Source: a virus
Taxonomy: Duplodnaviria > Caudoviricetes
Length of the DNA: 36,523 nucleotides
Reading direction: 5' to 3' (one strand)
IMG/VR virus record: IMGVR_UViG_3300008255_000074
Span: 1 to 36,523 of that record
The notes beneath the pieces were generated by a model, which saw nothing but the letters and a program-made list of their open reading frames with translations, had not been told where the DNA came from and made no database searches. The position numbers were made by a program, and so were the translations under genes. Positions 18,761 to 27,137 of the stretch are shown in pieces. How positions within the stretch are numbered: the stretch's first letter is position 1; every line of letters starts with the position of its first letter.

Positions 18761-18827
18761 CAGTCTTGCGGAGACTATATACACGCAAAAAATTTAATAG
18801 TTAGACGACGGAGTCTAGATACACGTC
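18761..18827 (-). ncRNA. Two tandem covarying pseudoknot-like motifs in the coat 5' leader
   Basis: GACG-UGUAU-C-UAGAC-UC-CGUC-GUCUA and UUGCG-UGUAU-A-UAGUC-UC-CGCAA-GACUG. Confidence 0.6.
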
Positions 18828-18834
18828 AATTACA

Positions 18835-18864
18835 ATCTTAGCCCAATATGGTATTAATAGTCAA
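18835..18864 (-). promoter_or_regulatory. Sigma70-type promoter for coat gene
   Basis: TTGACT-18 bp-TAAGAT directly after the scaffold stop codon. Confidence 0.6.
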
Positions 18865-18865
18865 G

Positions 18866-19714
18866 TTACCTGCGTCTAGTTGCTCTAGCATTCATAATTT
18901 CAAGTCTTTTTTTATTAGACTCAGCTATCAAATCATCAACCGTTCTGGTAGTAGTGTTGCTGTAGTTGCTACTAACATCTTCTTTAATCTTACCTAATGG
19001 TCTTGGGGCTTGAGTTGATTTCCTGCCTGTTTTAAGTTTAGCTTCCAATCTTCCCATCTCAACCATTTGTACATAAGGGTCTTTGATGTTTGCGATTCTA
19101 TTTAAGTCGTCTGATGCCTTTTTAGATGCCGCATAAATAAACGCCGCTGGGTCACTCATCGCACGAGTCGCCAAAACCATAGAATCAGTAATGTTCTGTT
19201 TACCAACTACATCTTGAAAGTCTTTAAACTTAGACATACCAGCATGAAACTTTTCTTCAAATGCCTGTTGTGCCTGTGCTTCCATAGCTTGACGTTGAGC
19301 TTCTTGTTGCTTTTGTGTCATACCTTGTACGGTATTTTCAATCATAGCTTTTAATTCAGCTTTCCAATCAGCTTCGTCTTGTGGAGTCTCTGTACTTTGA
19401 TTTTGTGTTTGGGGGTGAGATGCTTGAGCTTGATTACGCTCAAACCTAGCAACCCTTTCTCTTATCATTTCGTTGACTTCGTCCTGCGAGTACATGCGTG
19501 GCTGACTAGAGCCAACTTCATTCCCATAATCATCAACATCATCTGTTTCATCACTTTCAGGCTCTTCACCTGTTACAGTTTCTGCGACAGACGGCTTGTC
19601 AAGCTCTTTGTCAAACTCTGTCACGTCTGACGAATCATTGTCTTGCACAGGTGGGTCGTCAGGGTAGTTGTCTTTATTAGCAGTGTTCGTATGTATTATT
19701 TGTAAATCATCCAT
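18866..19714 (-). CDS. Scaffolding protein
   Basis: Acidic N-terminus, coiled coil, EMGRLEAKL...STQAPRP; between portal and coat. Confidence 0.85.
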   Translation of the reverse strand: MDDLQIIHTNTANKDNYPDDPPVQDNDSSDVTEFDKELDKPSVAETVTGEEPESDETDDVDDYGNEVGSSQPRMYSQDEVNEMIRERVARFERNQAQASHPQTQNQSTETPQDEADWKAELKAMIENTVQGMTQKQQEAQRQAMEAQAQQAFEEKFHAGMSKFKDFQDVVGKQNITDSMVLATRAMSDPAAFIYAASKKASDDLNRIANIKDPYVQMVEMGRLEAKLKTGRKSTQAPRPLGKIKEDVSSNYSNTTTRTVDDLIAESNKKRLEIMNARATRRR

Positions 19715-19726
19715 GATTATATCTCC

Positions 19727-21955
19727 CTATTTTAGATGAGTTAAAATTTTAGTCATATTGTCAGCATGAGCAATCGCACTATCACTTTGAGTTCTTTCAG
19801 TCTCAGCAAGATAACGCAATTTCACTTCTTCCAATTCGGTTGCAGCTGTTAAGCGTTCAGTTTCCAACTTTTCACGCTCAATCTCGCTTTTCATTTCTTG
19901 TTCTTGCAGTTTCATAGCAAGCTCTTTTTCTTTAAGTTGCAACTCTTGCATCTTAATTTGCAATTGCATTTGATTCATTTGTGCTTGCATTTCTAAAGCT
20001 TGTTGTTCTGGGTTTGGCTGTTCCTCTTGCTGTGGAACTTCTCCTGTTTTACCAGCTTCAATAACCTGTGGAGGAACTAAAGTTTTTAATCTATTTTTAA
20101 TCTCAAGTGAGTTAGAAAGAGGTAGATTCTCAGCAAATAAATCAGCTAGTAACCTAAACGCTTCTGGGTCTTGCTGGAATACTTGCTGTAATGCCATTAA
20201 GGCTTCTTGTTTTTGTCCTTCATAACTTGGGCCGGCTTTTAATCTAACTTCAAATGTACCTTTGCGGATATCATTTTCTATGACTTCCCCGTATTCATCT
20301 AGCTGTTGATTAATAATAATTGCTCTACGTCCTTTGTCTGGGAACATTAAACTTATAACTCTTTCGGTATCAAACACGTGTGGCACCATTTGATTAACTA
20401 CATTACCACCAGCAGTAATGCCACGATTAACAGAATTAAATGATGAGTATGTAGAGTAAGAACCTTGTCGGCTTCTGGCATCAATTGCTGCACCTGAAAT
20501 CTCATTGCCTTGCTCACCCATTCGGGTAGGGTAAAGCCCTGTTGATGTATATAAATCCTCTACAGCTAATTGATATTGACTTAACAAGCTTTGTGATAAC
20601 TCAGGCGGTTGAAGTTGCTGAGGTACTACGCCTGTTGGGCTTTCATCAAAAGTTAAGATACCTTGGACATTAAATGGATCTCTCCATTTCGCTTGCGTAT
20701 CATTAGATGCAACATTCTTCTTACTACCAATAAACTGGTCATATCTAGATATCTTAAGTATATAAGCTGACTGTGTACGCAAATAGTTAATATAACGCTG
20801 AATATCTACAGCATCTTGAAAGAATGAACGTGTATGTTGCTTGCCGTCTTTAGAATACCAACTACTATTATCAATGAATATTATTGGCAAGTCCTGACTT
20901 GGAAAGTCTGTTTCATCAAGAATGTATTCACCAGCACATTGATAGTGTTTAACCTTATAAACTGTAATCTCTCTAGTATCTTCTATAACTACAGGCTCAC
21001 CGTTAACATATAAAGTCACTAAATCACTTGATTCTGGCTCAACATCTGGCGTACCTAATGCCTGCTCCATTAATTCAGGGGGTGGCTCTTCTCCAAACTC
21101 TGCCATTGAATCTTGCTCAATAGTCATTTGCTCAGCCTGTCTTGCTATGCTTTTCTCTATAATTTCGTCAAGCTCTTCTTGATTGTAAATCTCTTTATTA
21201 GATAACCTATAAAGCTTTTGTTTAGTTGCCTTACGTTCAAAATGATTGATAATAGCTATGGCATCTTTATCAGCCCATGTAAGATTTTCATTAGATGAAC
21301 GGCTAGAATCAGTTTCACTTAAAACCTCTTCACGTGACGCAGTAATTCCACTATGAGATTCTGTTATTTGCTCTTCAACTTTTTTACCGTACAAATCCCT
21401 AAACTTACGGCGTGACATGTAACTTAAATAACCTGCAACCATACCATCAGTTTTATTGATAGTCTCAGCTGACACATCAAAGTAAGTCTTTGTTGCGTCT
21501 TTAAAGTAAAACGGATACATTTCTAAATCAAAACTATGGTCATGAGTGTGACGTGTACCCCAACCAAAAGCACTATACCCACCTACAAACGACTGACCTG
21601 CCGCAACCTGATAAGCTATGTTAGCATCAGTTCCTAATGTAATATCTTTAACGATAAGCTCACGCAATGATGCAGTTTGCTCATCACAACTAGACAATGG
21701 AACTACTTCTAATTGAGGCGTGTTCTGCTGTTGCTCACCAACTAAGGTATTATACATAGTGCCAAGCTTGTTAGATGATAACGCAATCTTACGAAATGTC
21801 TTTAACATCTCTCTGGTTTCGTCATCAGTCCATTGCTTACCTAAAACAAACCCATGCATATAATGATAGTTTTCAATGTTACGGCTAAAATACGAACGCC
21901 ACTTTTCAATGCAACCTCTAATCTCTTTTGTCTTCCTGACAGCACGTTTAACCAT
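19727..21955 (-). CDS. Portal protein, P22-like
   Basis: 742 aa after terL; GKQW, ISGAAIDAR, GTFEVRLKAGPSY and a Gln-rich C-terminal barrel. Confidence 0.92.
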   Translation of the reverse strand: MVKRAVRKTKEIRGCIEKWRSYFSRNIENYHYMHGFVLGKQWTDDETREMLKTFRKIALSSNKLGTMYNTLVGEQQQNTPQLEVVPLSSCDEQTASLRELIVKDITLGTDANIAYQVAAGQSFVGGYSAFGWGTRHTHDHSFDLEMYPFYFKDATKTYFDVSAETINKTDGMVAGYLSYMSRRKFRDLYGKKVEEQITESHSGITASREEVLSETDSSRSSNENLTWADKDAIAIINHFERKATKQKLYRLSNKEIYNQEELDEIIEKSIARQAEQMTIEQDSMAEFGEEPPPELMEQALGTPDVEPESSDLVTLYVNGEPVVIEDTREITVYKVKHYQCAGEYILDETDFPSQDLPIIFIDNSSWYSKDGKQHTRSFFQDAVDIQRYINYLRTQSAYILKISRYDQFIGSKKNVASNDTQAKWRDPFNVQGILTFDESPTGVVPQQLQPPELSQSLLSQYQLAVEDLYTSTGLYPTRMGEQGNEISGAAIDARSRQGSYSTYSSFNSVNRGITAGGNVVNQMVPHVFDTERVISLMFPDKGRRAIIINQQLDEYGEVIENDIRKGTFEVRLKAGPSYEGQKQEALMALQQVFQQDPEAFRLLADLFAENLPLSNSLEIKNRLKTLVPPQVIEAGKTGEVPQQEEQPNPEQQALEMQAQMNQMQLQIKMQELQLKEKELAMKLQEQEMKSEIEREKLETERLTAATELEEVKLRYLAETERTQSDSAIAHADNMTKILTHLK

Positions 21956-21967
21956 AACGGTATTTCC

Positions 21968-23494
21968 TTAAATCAATAAATTAGAATTAGAATAGCTAAA
22001 TACTGGATTAAATTCGTTAACTTGGTTAGGAATCGACCCCAAGGCAAACGTCAACGCTAACGCATCAGCAGTATCACAGCTAGGCATACCACGTTTTTTT
22101 AAATCCTCTTTAGATTCAATTTGAAGTCTAGCTGACGAATCGAACTTATAGCCAAGCGATGTTAAATCCGCCATTAATTCCTCTGAATCAGGTAACTCAA
22201 CCGGCATGTCTTGGCATAGCCATTCACGCACTTCATGCCATAACTCAGCCCTTAAGTTTTTAAACTTATCTTTAAGATTAGCACTTCTTGCAACGTTGAT
22301 TCCCTCAACCACATTGCCAAAGCCCATTTCATGCAACCTATCAACAACACCAGCACCAATACCAATTGAATCTATAAATACCTTAAAGGGTTTTTCAGTC
22401 TGTATAATATTACGAACTAATCCCGCAATCTCCATTGTATTTAAATTATAATTGGTTTCTAGCTTATAAACTAGTCGACCTTTACGGCGTATAATCGCTA
22501 ACCTGTCTCTATCCGATACAGCAGGGTCAACACCAATCAATAATGGTGCATCACTAGTAACTTTTTGCTTCATTGCTTTAGATACAAGCTTAGTATCAAT
22601 AAATCTATCTTCAACTGGATTGCGGAATGCATCATTAGCACAATTAGGGTACTCAACATTGAATAATTCAACAGCAGTATCATAATCATTACTAAAGTCT
22701 TTAAGCTTAATCCTACGCCAAGCCAAATGCTCTTTAGTCATTCCTTGCTTAGCGTAAGTATCTAATAACTCTATCTCATCATCATATAAACTAAACGCCT
22801 TATCAATAGGACGAGTGTATTCAGTTTGCCAAAACCAAGGTATAAATATTGCTTGAAAGTCTGATTGTCCACCAGTTGCCGCTTGCCACATCTGATGAAA
22901 GTAATTACCCAAACCATTAGCAGTTGATTCAAGTATCACTTCGGTATCATCTTCACTTGAAACAGCTTGCAATATTCCTTTTGCATGCTCTTGAGCATGT
23001 TGCCAATAAGCCGCTTCGGAGCCATGAAACAATTGCACAGTTTGAGAGCGACCAACTGCCTTATTGCCTGCCGTACCAACAGCATAACCTGAATCTAATA
23101 AGCTAAACTTTAATTCCTTAGCGGAAGATGCATCAATAGCAGGCAACAAACCTTCTGGCATATGCTCACTAAAACGTTTAGTCATATCAAATAGGTTTTT
23201 AGTTGCTTCGCCTTCATGCGTTAAGATAAAAGCTTTTTTGCCCTTTTGGGTTGCTACTTTATGAAAGAATCTTGCTTGAATATAGGTGGAACAACCAGCC
23301 TGCCTACCTTTAAGGATTACAGCACGAACCTTACCGGTTTCTTTTAGCTGTGTTTCTAAGCGACTATGTAAATACAATTGAGCTTCGTTTAGCTCAAACG
23401 ATTTAATACCGCCTGCCTTAGTTCTTATCTTTAAAAACTTAGGGGCAAATTGCTTAAAGTCTTTTAATACTGTTAACAGCTTGTCTAACTTCAT
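21968..23494 (-). CDS. terL: Terminase large subunit
   Basis: VILKGRQAGCST (Walker A), LFHGSE (Walker B), ESTANG, IGVDPA and DTADALAL nuclease motifs. Confidence 0.95.
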   Translation of the reverse strand: MKLDKLLTVLKDFKQFAPKFLKIRTKAGGIKSFELNEAQLYLHSRLETQLKETGKVRAVILKGRQAGCSTYIQARFFHKVATQKGKKAFILTHEGEATKNLFDMTKRFSEHMPEGLLPAIDASSAKELKFSLLDSGYAVGTAGNKAVGRSQTVQLFHGSEAAYWQHAQEHAKGILQAVSSEDDTEVILESTANGLGNYFHQMWQAATGGQSDFQAIFIPWFWQTEYTRPIDKAFSLYDDEIELLDTYAKQGMTKEHLAWRRIKLKDFSNDYDTAVELFNVEYPNCANDAFRNPVEDRFIDTKLVSKAMKQKVTSDAPLLIGVDPAVSDRDRLAIIRRKGRLVYKLETNYNLNTMEIAGLVRNIIQTEKPFKVFIDSIGIGAGVVDRLHEMGFGNVVEGINVARSANLKDKFKNLRAELWHEVREWLCQDMPVELPDSEELMADLTSLGYKFDSSARLQIESKEDLKKRGMPSCDTADALALTFALGSIPNQVNEFNPVFSYSNSNLLI

Positions 23495-23502
23495 AGATGA
23501 AA

Positions 23503-23832
23503 CTACAACTTAGCAATAAGCTGTTCTACAATAGATTTCGCCTCTTTGTCCGCTTCGGCATCAGCTTTACGCCAACCGCCTTGGGTTGATAAATAAAATA
23601 TCATAGCCTTAACATCTCTTTCTGTTACTGCCATGTCAATAAGAGTCTTACCAACTAAAGCTGTAGGCTCACACCTACCAATTGCTATCTCACGCTTATA
23701 GTGAGTTCTAAAGGTATCTTCGCAAATACCTAGATAATCCGCAATTCTTGCTTGAGGTACGCCGTTAGACACTAAATCTAACGCCGTTTTCCTTGTTTCA
23801 GCCGTTGGAATATGTTTGTCATGTCTTGCCAC
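23503..23832 (-). CDS. terS: Terminase small subunit (HTH)
   Basis: GVPQARIADYLGICEDTFRTHY HTH, AMIFYLSTQGGW; directly upstream of terL. Confidence 0.8.
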   Translation of the reverse strand: MARHDKHIPTAETRKTALDLVSNGVPQARIADYLGICEDTFRTHYKREIAIGRCEPTALVGKTLIDMAVTERDVKAMIFYLSTQGGWRKADAEADKEAKSIVEQLIAKL

Positions 23833-23865
23833 TGTTAGTCATCTCCCTATAAAGACCAGAACAAA

Positions 23866-24057
23866 CTACTTACTAGAGCCTTTCGGTCCTACTTGTTTAG
23901 GGCTAGAATTAGCAGAGCTTTTACAGTCTCTGTCAGACTCACAATATTTAGGTTGCATGTTATATTGCTCACGAACTAATTTGCCGTACATGCTTGGTTG
24001 TGAGTAATGGCTGTTATCAGGTTTAGCAGAATCAAAGCTTTTGTAATCTTTAGACAT
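23866..24057 (-). CDS. Hypothetical protein, first gene of the late operon
   Basis: AAGGA RBS, 63 aa. Confidence 0.6.
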   Translation of the reverse strand: MSKDYKSFDSAKPDNSHYSQPSMYGKLVREQYNMQPKYCESDRDCKSSANSSPKQVGPKGSSK

Positions 24058-24094
24058 AAATTTAATCCTTTAAATGTTATACCACTAGAATAGC

Positions 24095-24323
24095 ACATAA
24101 TATAAATAATATTATATATATTTAAATACATTTATTATAGTTAATCAACCCTAATTCCGTATAAAACAAAAATAACCTTATCCAAAACAATAGCTTAACC
24201 TCTTAATTAAATCCCTTATACATTGTGCATAAAATGTGTTATAAGCGTGGACAAAATCACCCCCATAAAAAGCTAGCCTAGACCTACTCAATTACCCACA
24301 GATTTTAGGGTTGTTTATCAACA
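24095..24323. promoter_or_regulatory. AT-rich tract plus cluster of DnaA-box-like 9-mers
   Basis: TTATCCAAA 24178, TGTGCATAA 24224, CGTGGACAA 24246, TTACCCACA 24292, TTATCAACA 24315. Confidence 0.5.
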
Positions 24324-24379
24324 ATAAACCCGTTTACGCATACCAAGCAATTGAATGCATAAAACATTGTAAAAACATG

Positions 24380-24407
24380 TTGACAGCGTAAACAAATGTG
24401 ATAATAT
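24380..24407 (+). promoter_or_regulatory. Sigma70-type early promoter of the mini-gene array
   Basis: TTGACA 24380 with TAATAT 24402 (16 bp), or extended -10 TGtGATAAT. Confidence 0.6.
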
Positions 24408-24441
24408 AGGCACATACACACAATAGATAAGTAGGTAAAAT

Positions 24442-24705
24442 ATGAAAGTCACAAAAGAACAGGCATACGATATATTAACGTGCGTCATACAAAGTATGGC
24501 GTTCAATTTGATAAGTGAATTCGAAGGCAGTATTGATTTAAAAGAAGCGTTAAATATAGGCACAGAAATGGTTATAGAGGAATTCATGGACTTTAAACCT
24601 TATCCAATTGAGATAGGGGAGGTTACGTTAATGAAGCATTTAGTTAATCAATTTGGGTTTGAAAAGATTAAGGAGATAATAAATGAAATTAACGATAATT
24701 TTTAA
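24442..24705 (+). CDS. Hypothetical protein
   Basis: AGGT RBS, first gene after the promoter. Confidence 0.7.
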   Translation: MKVTKEQAYDILTCVIQSMAFNLISEFEGSIDLKEALNIGTEMVIEEFMDFKPYPIEIGEVTLMKHLVNQFGFEKIKEIINEINDNF

Positions 24706-24928
24706 CCATTATTTTTCGACATGGTTTCATGAATATAAAGACGCATCTGACGGATTAGCACACGCACATTTATTAACTCTTAGATTGCTTGAAGATATGA
24801 AAGGGGGTGCAACGCCTGTTACTGATTTAGATGTATTGGCAAGTCAACTGCTAGAAGAGATGAAATGGGAAGAGATAACGGCAACATTAGATAATATTTA
24901 TTGTAATAGATTAGGGGTATGGTTATGA
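24683..24928 (+). CDS. Hypothetical protein
   Basis: AAGGAG RBS, overlaps upstream gene. Confidence 0.7.
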   Translation: MKLTIIFNHYFSTWFHEYKDASDGLAHAHLLTLRLLEDMKGGATPVTDLDVLASQLLEEMKWEEITATLDNIYCNRLGVWL

Positions 24929-25050
24929 GAGCAGCAACAGAAATAGTATTAATTGGTGCATCTGCATCATACATTTATAAAAACGGAGTTCCGTTGGCTG
25001 GAATTCTCTTGGGTGCATTAATATTAATAGCAGATTTAATAGGGGTATAG
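24925..25050 (+). CDS. 41-aa membrane peptide (MRAATEIVLIG...), not in the ORF track
   Basis: ATGA coupling, AGGGG RBS, hydrophobic. Confidence 0.65.
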   Translation: MRAATEIVLIGASASYIYKNGVPLAGILLGALILIADLIGV

Positions 25051-25052
25051 TT

Positions 25053-25301
25053 ATGAGCCTTAAAAATTATAACAAAAGAATAGTTGAAAACTTTAATGAA
25101 TGGCTACGAGACAATTACGATTCTGCAAAAATTTGCGATCTAGAATTTTGTGCAGATGAGATATTATTAAAATGCGATATAGAGCTGTACGAATCATTAC
25201 TAAAAAGATACATACACAAACACAATATATTTGCAGAAAGCGGGGCTTTGCTTGATATGTGGGGCGATAAATTAGAAGACCAAGATGAGGCGTTGTTTTA
25301 A
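25053..25301 (+). CDS. Hypothetical protein
   Basis: AGGGG RBS, coupled to the next gene. Confidence 0.7.
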   Translation: MSLKNYNKRIVENFNEWLRDNYDSAKICDLEFCADEILLKCDIELYESLLKRYIHKHNIFAESGALLDMWGDKLEDQDEALF

Positions 25302-25498
25302 TGATTATATTTAGAGAAGAACAAAGCAGAGTACCAATTAAAATATGGTCAAATGAGGTTGAGCCTTTAGCAAGAGAGCAACTAGTAAATCTATCTACTT
25401 TGCCTTTTGTGTTTAAGCATATTTCAGCGATGCCAGATGTTCACGCAGGTAAAGGGAGTACCGTTGGCACAGTTATTGCAACTAAAAAAGCGGTATGA
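25301..25498 (+). pseudogene. rtcB: RtcB RNA ligase N-terminal remnant (65 aa)
   Basis: PIKIW...AREQLVNLSTLPFVFKHISAMPDVHAGKGSTVGTVIATKKAV matches the RtcB N-terminus and stops just before the IPAAVGVDIGCG motif. Confidence 0.88.
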
Positions 25499-25971
25499 CA
25501 CACAAAGAAGCAAAGCAAAGATATTTTGATAAAGTTTATAAAAATGCACCATTGATAGATTGTGCATGTGGGTGCGGAGAAAAAATAAAAGCAAAAGATA
25601 AATATGGTCGAGGTGTGGCTTATATAAATGGTCACAATAACCGAAAGTATGAAGACCCAACACAGTTTAAAAGAGAATGGAATAAAAGACATGTATTAGA
25701 AAGATATAATTATAAAGCTGAACGCTCTAGAAAATTAAAAGGTAATTTGATTAAAACAAAAGGCGGTAAATGTATTATATGTGGCTATTTTTACGATGGA
25801 ACAAACGCAGCGGCATTTGATTTCCATCATAGGCACGACACAGAAAAACTTTTTCCGGTTGGAGTAAATTCATTTACAAATTTTTCTTTAAAAAAAAACT
25901 ATGCTGAAGCTGAAAAATGTGATTTATTATGTGCAATATGCCACAGGTTGCACCATTCATCGGTTTATTAA
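25495..25971 (+). CDS. HNH endonuclease with N-terminal CACGCG/NGHN Zn motif
   Basis: CIICG, FDFHH, KCDLLCAICHRLHH. Confidence 0.85.
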   Translation: MTHKEAKQRYFDKVYKNAPLIDCACGCGEKIKAKDKYGRGVAYINGHNNRKYEDPTQFKREWNKRHVLERYNYKAERSRKLKGNLIKTKGGKCIICGYFYDGTNAAAFDFHHRHDTEKLFPVGVNSFTNFSLKKNYAEAEKCDLLCAICHRLHHSSVY

Positions 25972-26056
25972 AAATATAGATGATGTCATGAATAATCAAA
26001 AAGATTTAGTGGAAATAATTCATAGTTTAAAAGCTATTTTATGCATAAAAGGATAA
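25970..26056 (+). pseudogene. rtcB: RtcB C-terminal remnant (KNIDDVMNNQKDLVEIIHSLKAILCIKG*), not in the ORF track
   Basis: Matches the RtcB C-terminus as I recall it for E. coli (AYKDIDAVMAAQSDLVEVIYTLRQVVCVKG*). Confidence 0.85.
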
Positions 26057-26061
26057 TAAAA

Positions 26062-26367
26062 ATGAACGACATAGACGATATAGAACTAGGCACATACATA
26101 CTAGATGAAAATAACGAACCTGTTTCCGCTAAATATAGTGAAGATGTAAAAGCTAAAAAAACAAGCAAAAACAGACTTAGAATTAGAGCGGAGCGAGCTT
26201 GGAGCGTTGAAGAACAAGATAAAACTGCTTATAAGATAAGATTTACTCTTAACACTAAATCTAAAGTTTTCTTATTGGGGAAAAGCAATAAACATCGCAT
26301 AAACCCTTATGATTTAATTAATTTTATTAAAGAAAATATTGAAGAAATAGAGGAAACCAAAGAATGA
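26062..26367 (+). CDS. Hypothetical protein
   Basis: ATG 26062 with AAAGGA RBS supplied by the rtcB tail; 26041 start less likely. Confidence 0.65.
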   Translation: MNDIDDIELGTYILDENNEPVSAKYSEDVKAKKTSKNRLRIRAERAWSVEEQDKTAYKIRFTLNTKSKVFLLGKSNKHRINPYDLINFIKENIEEIEETKE

Positions 26368-26555
26368 AAAAATACAAAGCAAGAATAGATTGGCAAGCCA
26401 CGCTAAGAGGCTCATATGACATTATAGCGGAAGGGGAAACTAAAGAAGAAGCAATTAGGCTAGCGAAAGAAGAAACAGCAATTGACTATACCCGTTACAT
26501 TAAATTAATGGATAGGCAAGTTGAGGTTATAGCCATAGAGGATATTGAAGAATGA
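26364..26555 (+). CDS. Hypothetical protein
   Basis: GAGG RBS, ATGA coupling. Confidence 0.7.
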   Translation: MKKYKARIDWQATLRGSYDIIAEGETKEEAIRLAKEETAIDYTRYIKLMDRQVEVIAIEDIEE

Positions 26556-26779
26556 ATACCCCAAAATTTAAAGTAGGTAATAAAGTGTATTATACGACCC
26601 CTTGGGGTGAGCCCACACATGGCATAATAATTGCCATTGAAAAGAATGATGACACCTTTCGCTTAATTGAAATAGATGAAAAACACTGTGTTTTAGTTTC
26701 TGTTCCTACATTTCGTATAAACAATAGCATGATTTCTTGGACGGCAGACGAGCTTTATTTAGAAGAACCCCAAGAATGA
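26552..26779 (+). CDS. Hypothetical protein, SH3-like (PKFKVGNKVYY)
   Basis: GAGG RBS, ATGA coupling. Confidence 0.7.
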   Translation: MNTPKFKVGNKVYYTTPWGEPTHGIIIAIEKNDDTFRLIEIDEKHCVLVSVPTFRINNSMISWTADELYLEEPQE

Positions 26780-26946
26780 TGAACGATAAACAAATAAAAT
26801 ACATGAATGAATCTACAAGCGAAACATTTGAACGGTTAGAAAAACGTATTGAAAAGCTGGAGTATATCGTTTGCGTATTAGCTGACAAAACGCATTGTCA
26901 TACGCCTAGTTCAATTGAATATTTTTTAGAGAAAGACAAAGAATGA
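26776..26946 (+). CDS. Hypothetical coiled-coil protein
   Basis: ATGA-coupled start at 26776 preferred over 26737. Confidence 0.6.
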   Translation: MMNDKQIKYMNESTSETFERLEKRIEKLEYIVCVLADKTHCHTPSSIEYFLEKDKE

Positions 26947-27137
26947 AAATCCACCAACGCCGACTAAAGAATAAAGCCAGTAAAAGATTAAAAAAAATCC
27001 GTTGTCTATTAGTTGTTATAGGTGTTTGGGAGAGTATCGTTCATATTAATATCAAGCAAAAACAAACCAATTGGGAAAACCCTCTTAATGTTGGAGAAAG
27101 TCTAAATTATGAGCTACCTAAGGAAATCAACAAATGA
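26943..27137 (+). CDS. Hypothetical protein
   Basis: ATGA coupling at both ends. Confidence 0.6.
   Translation: MKIHQRRLKNKASKRLKKIRCLLVVIGVWESIVHINIKQKQTNWENPLNVGESLNYELPKEINK

Noticed and set aside
18717-18788. N-terminal extension of the coat protein in the ORF track
   Set aside because: TTG start lies inside the structured leader without an RBS; ATG 18716 has an RBS and gives a typical MSN start.
18761-18827. Type III toxin-antitoxin antitoxin repeats, or a preQ1/fluoride riboswitch
   Set aside because: No ToxN/AbiQ-like toxin downstream and the consensus nucleotides of those riboswitches are not evident; kept as an unnamed motif.
11947-24007. Short plus-strand ORFs within the late operon (11947, 15504, 17593, 17887, 18337, 19379, 22206, 22924, 23816 etc.)
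   Set aside because: Fully overlap well-supported minus-strand genes and show no independent expression signals.
25495-25971. Group I intron or intein in rtcB
   Set aside because: There is no non-coding space for a ribozyme core, no intein terminal motifs, frames differ, and the RtcB core is absent, so splicing could not restore the enzyme.
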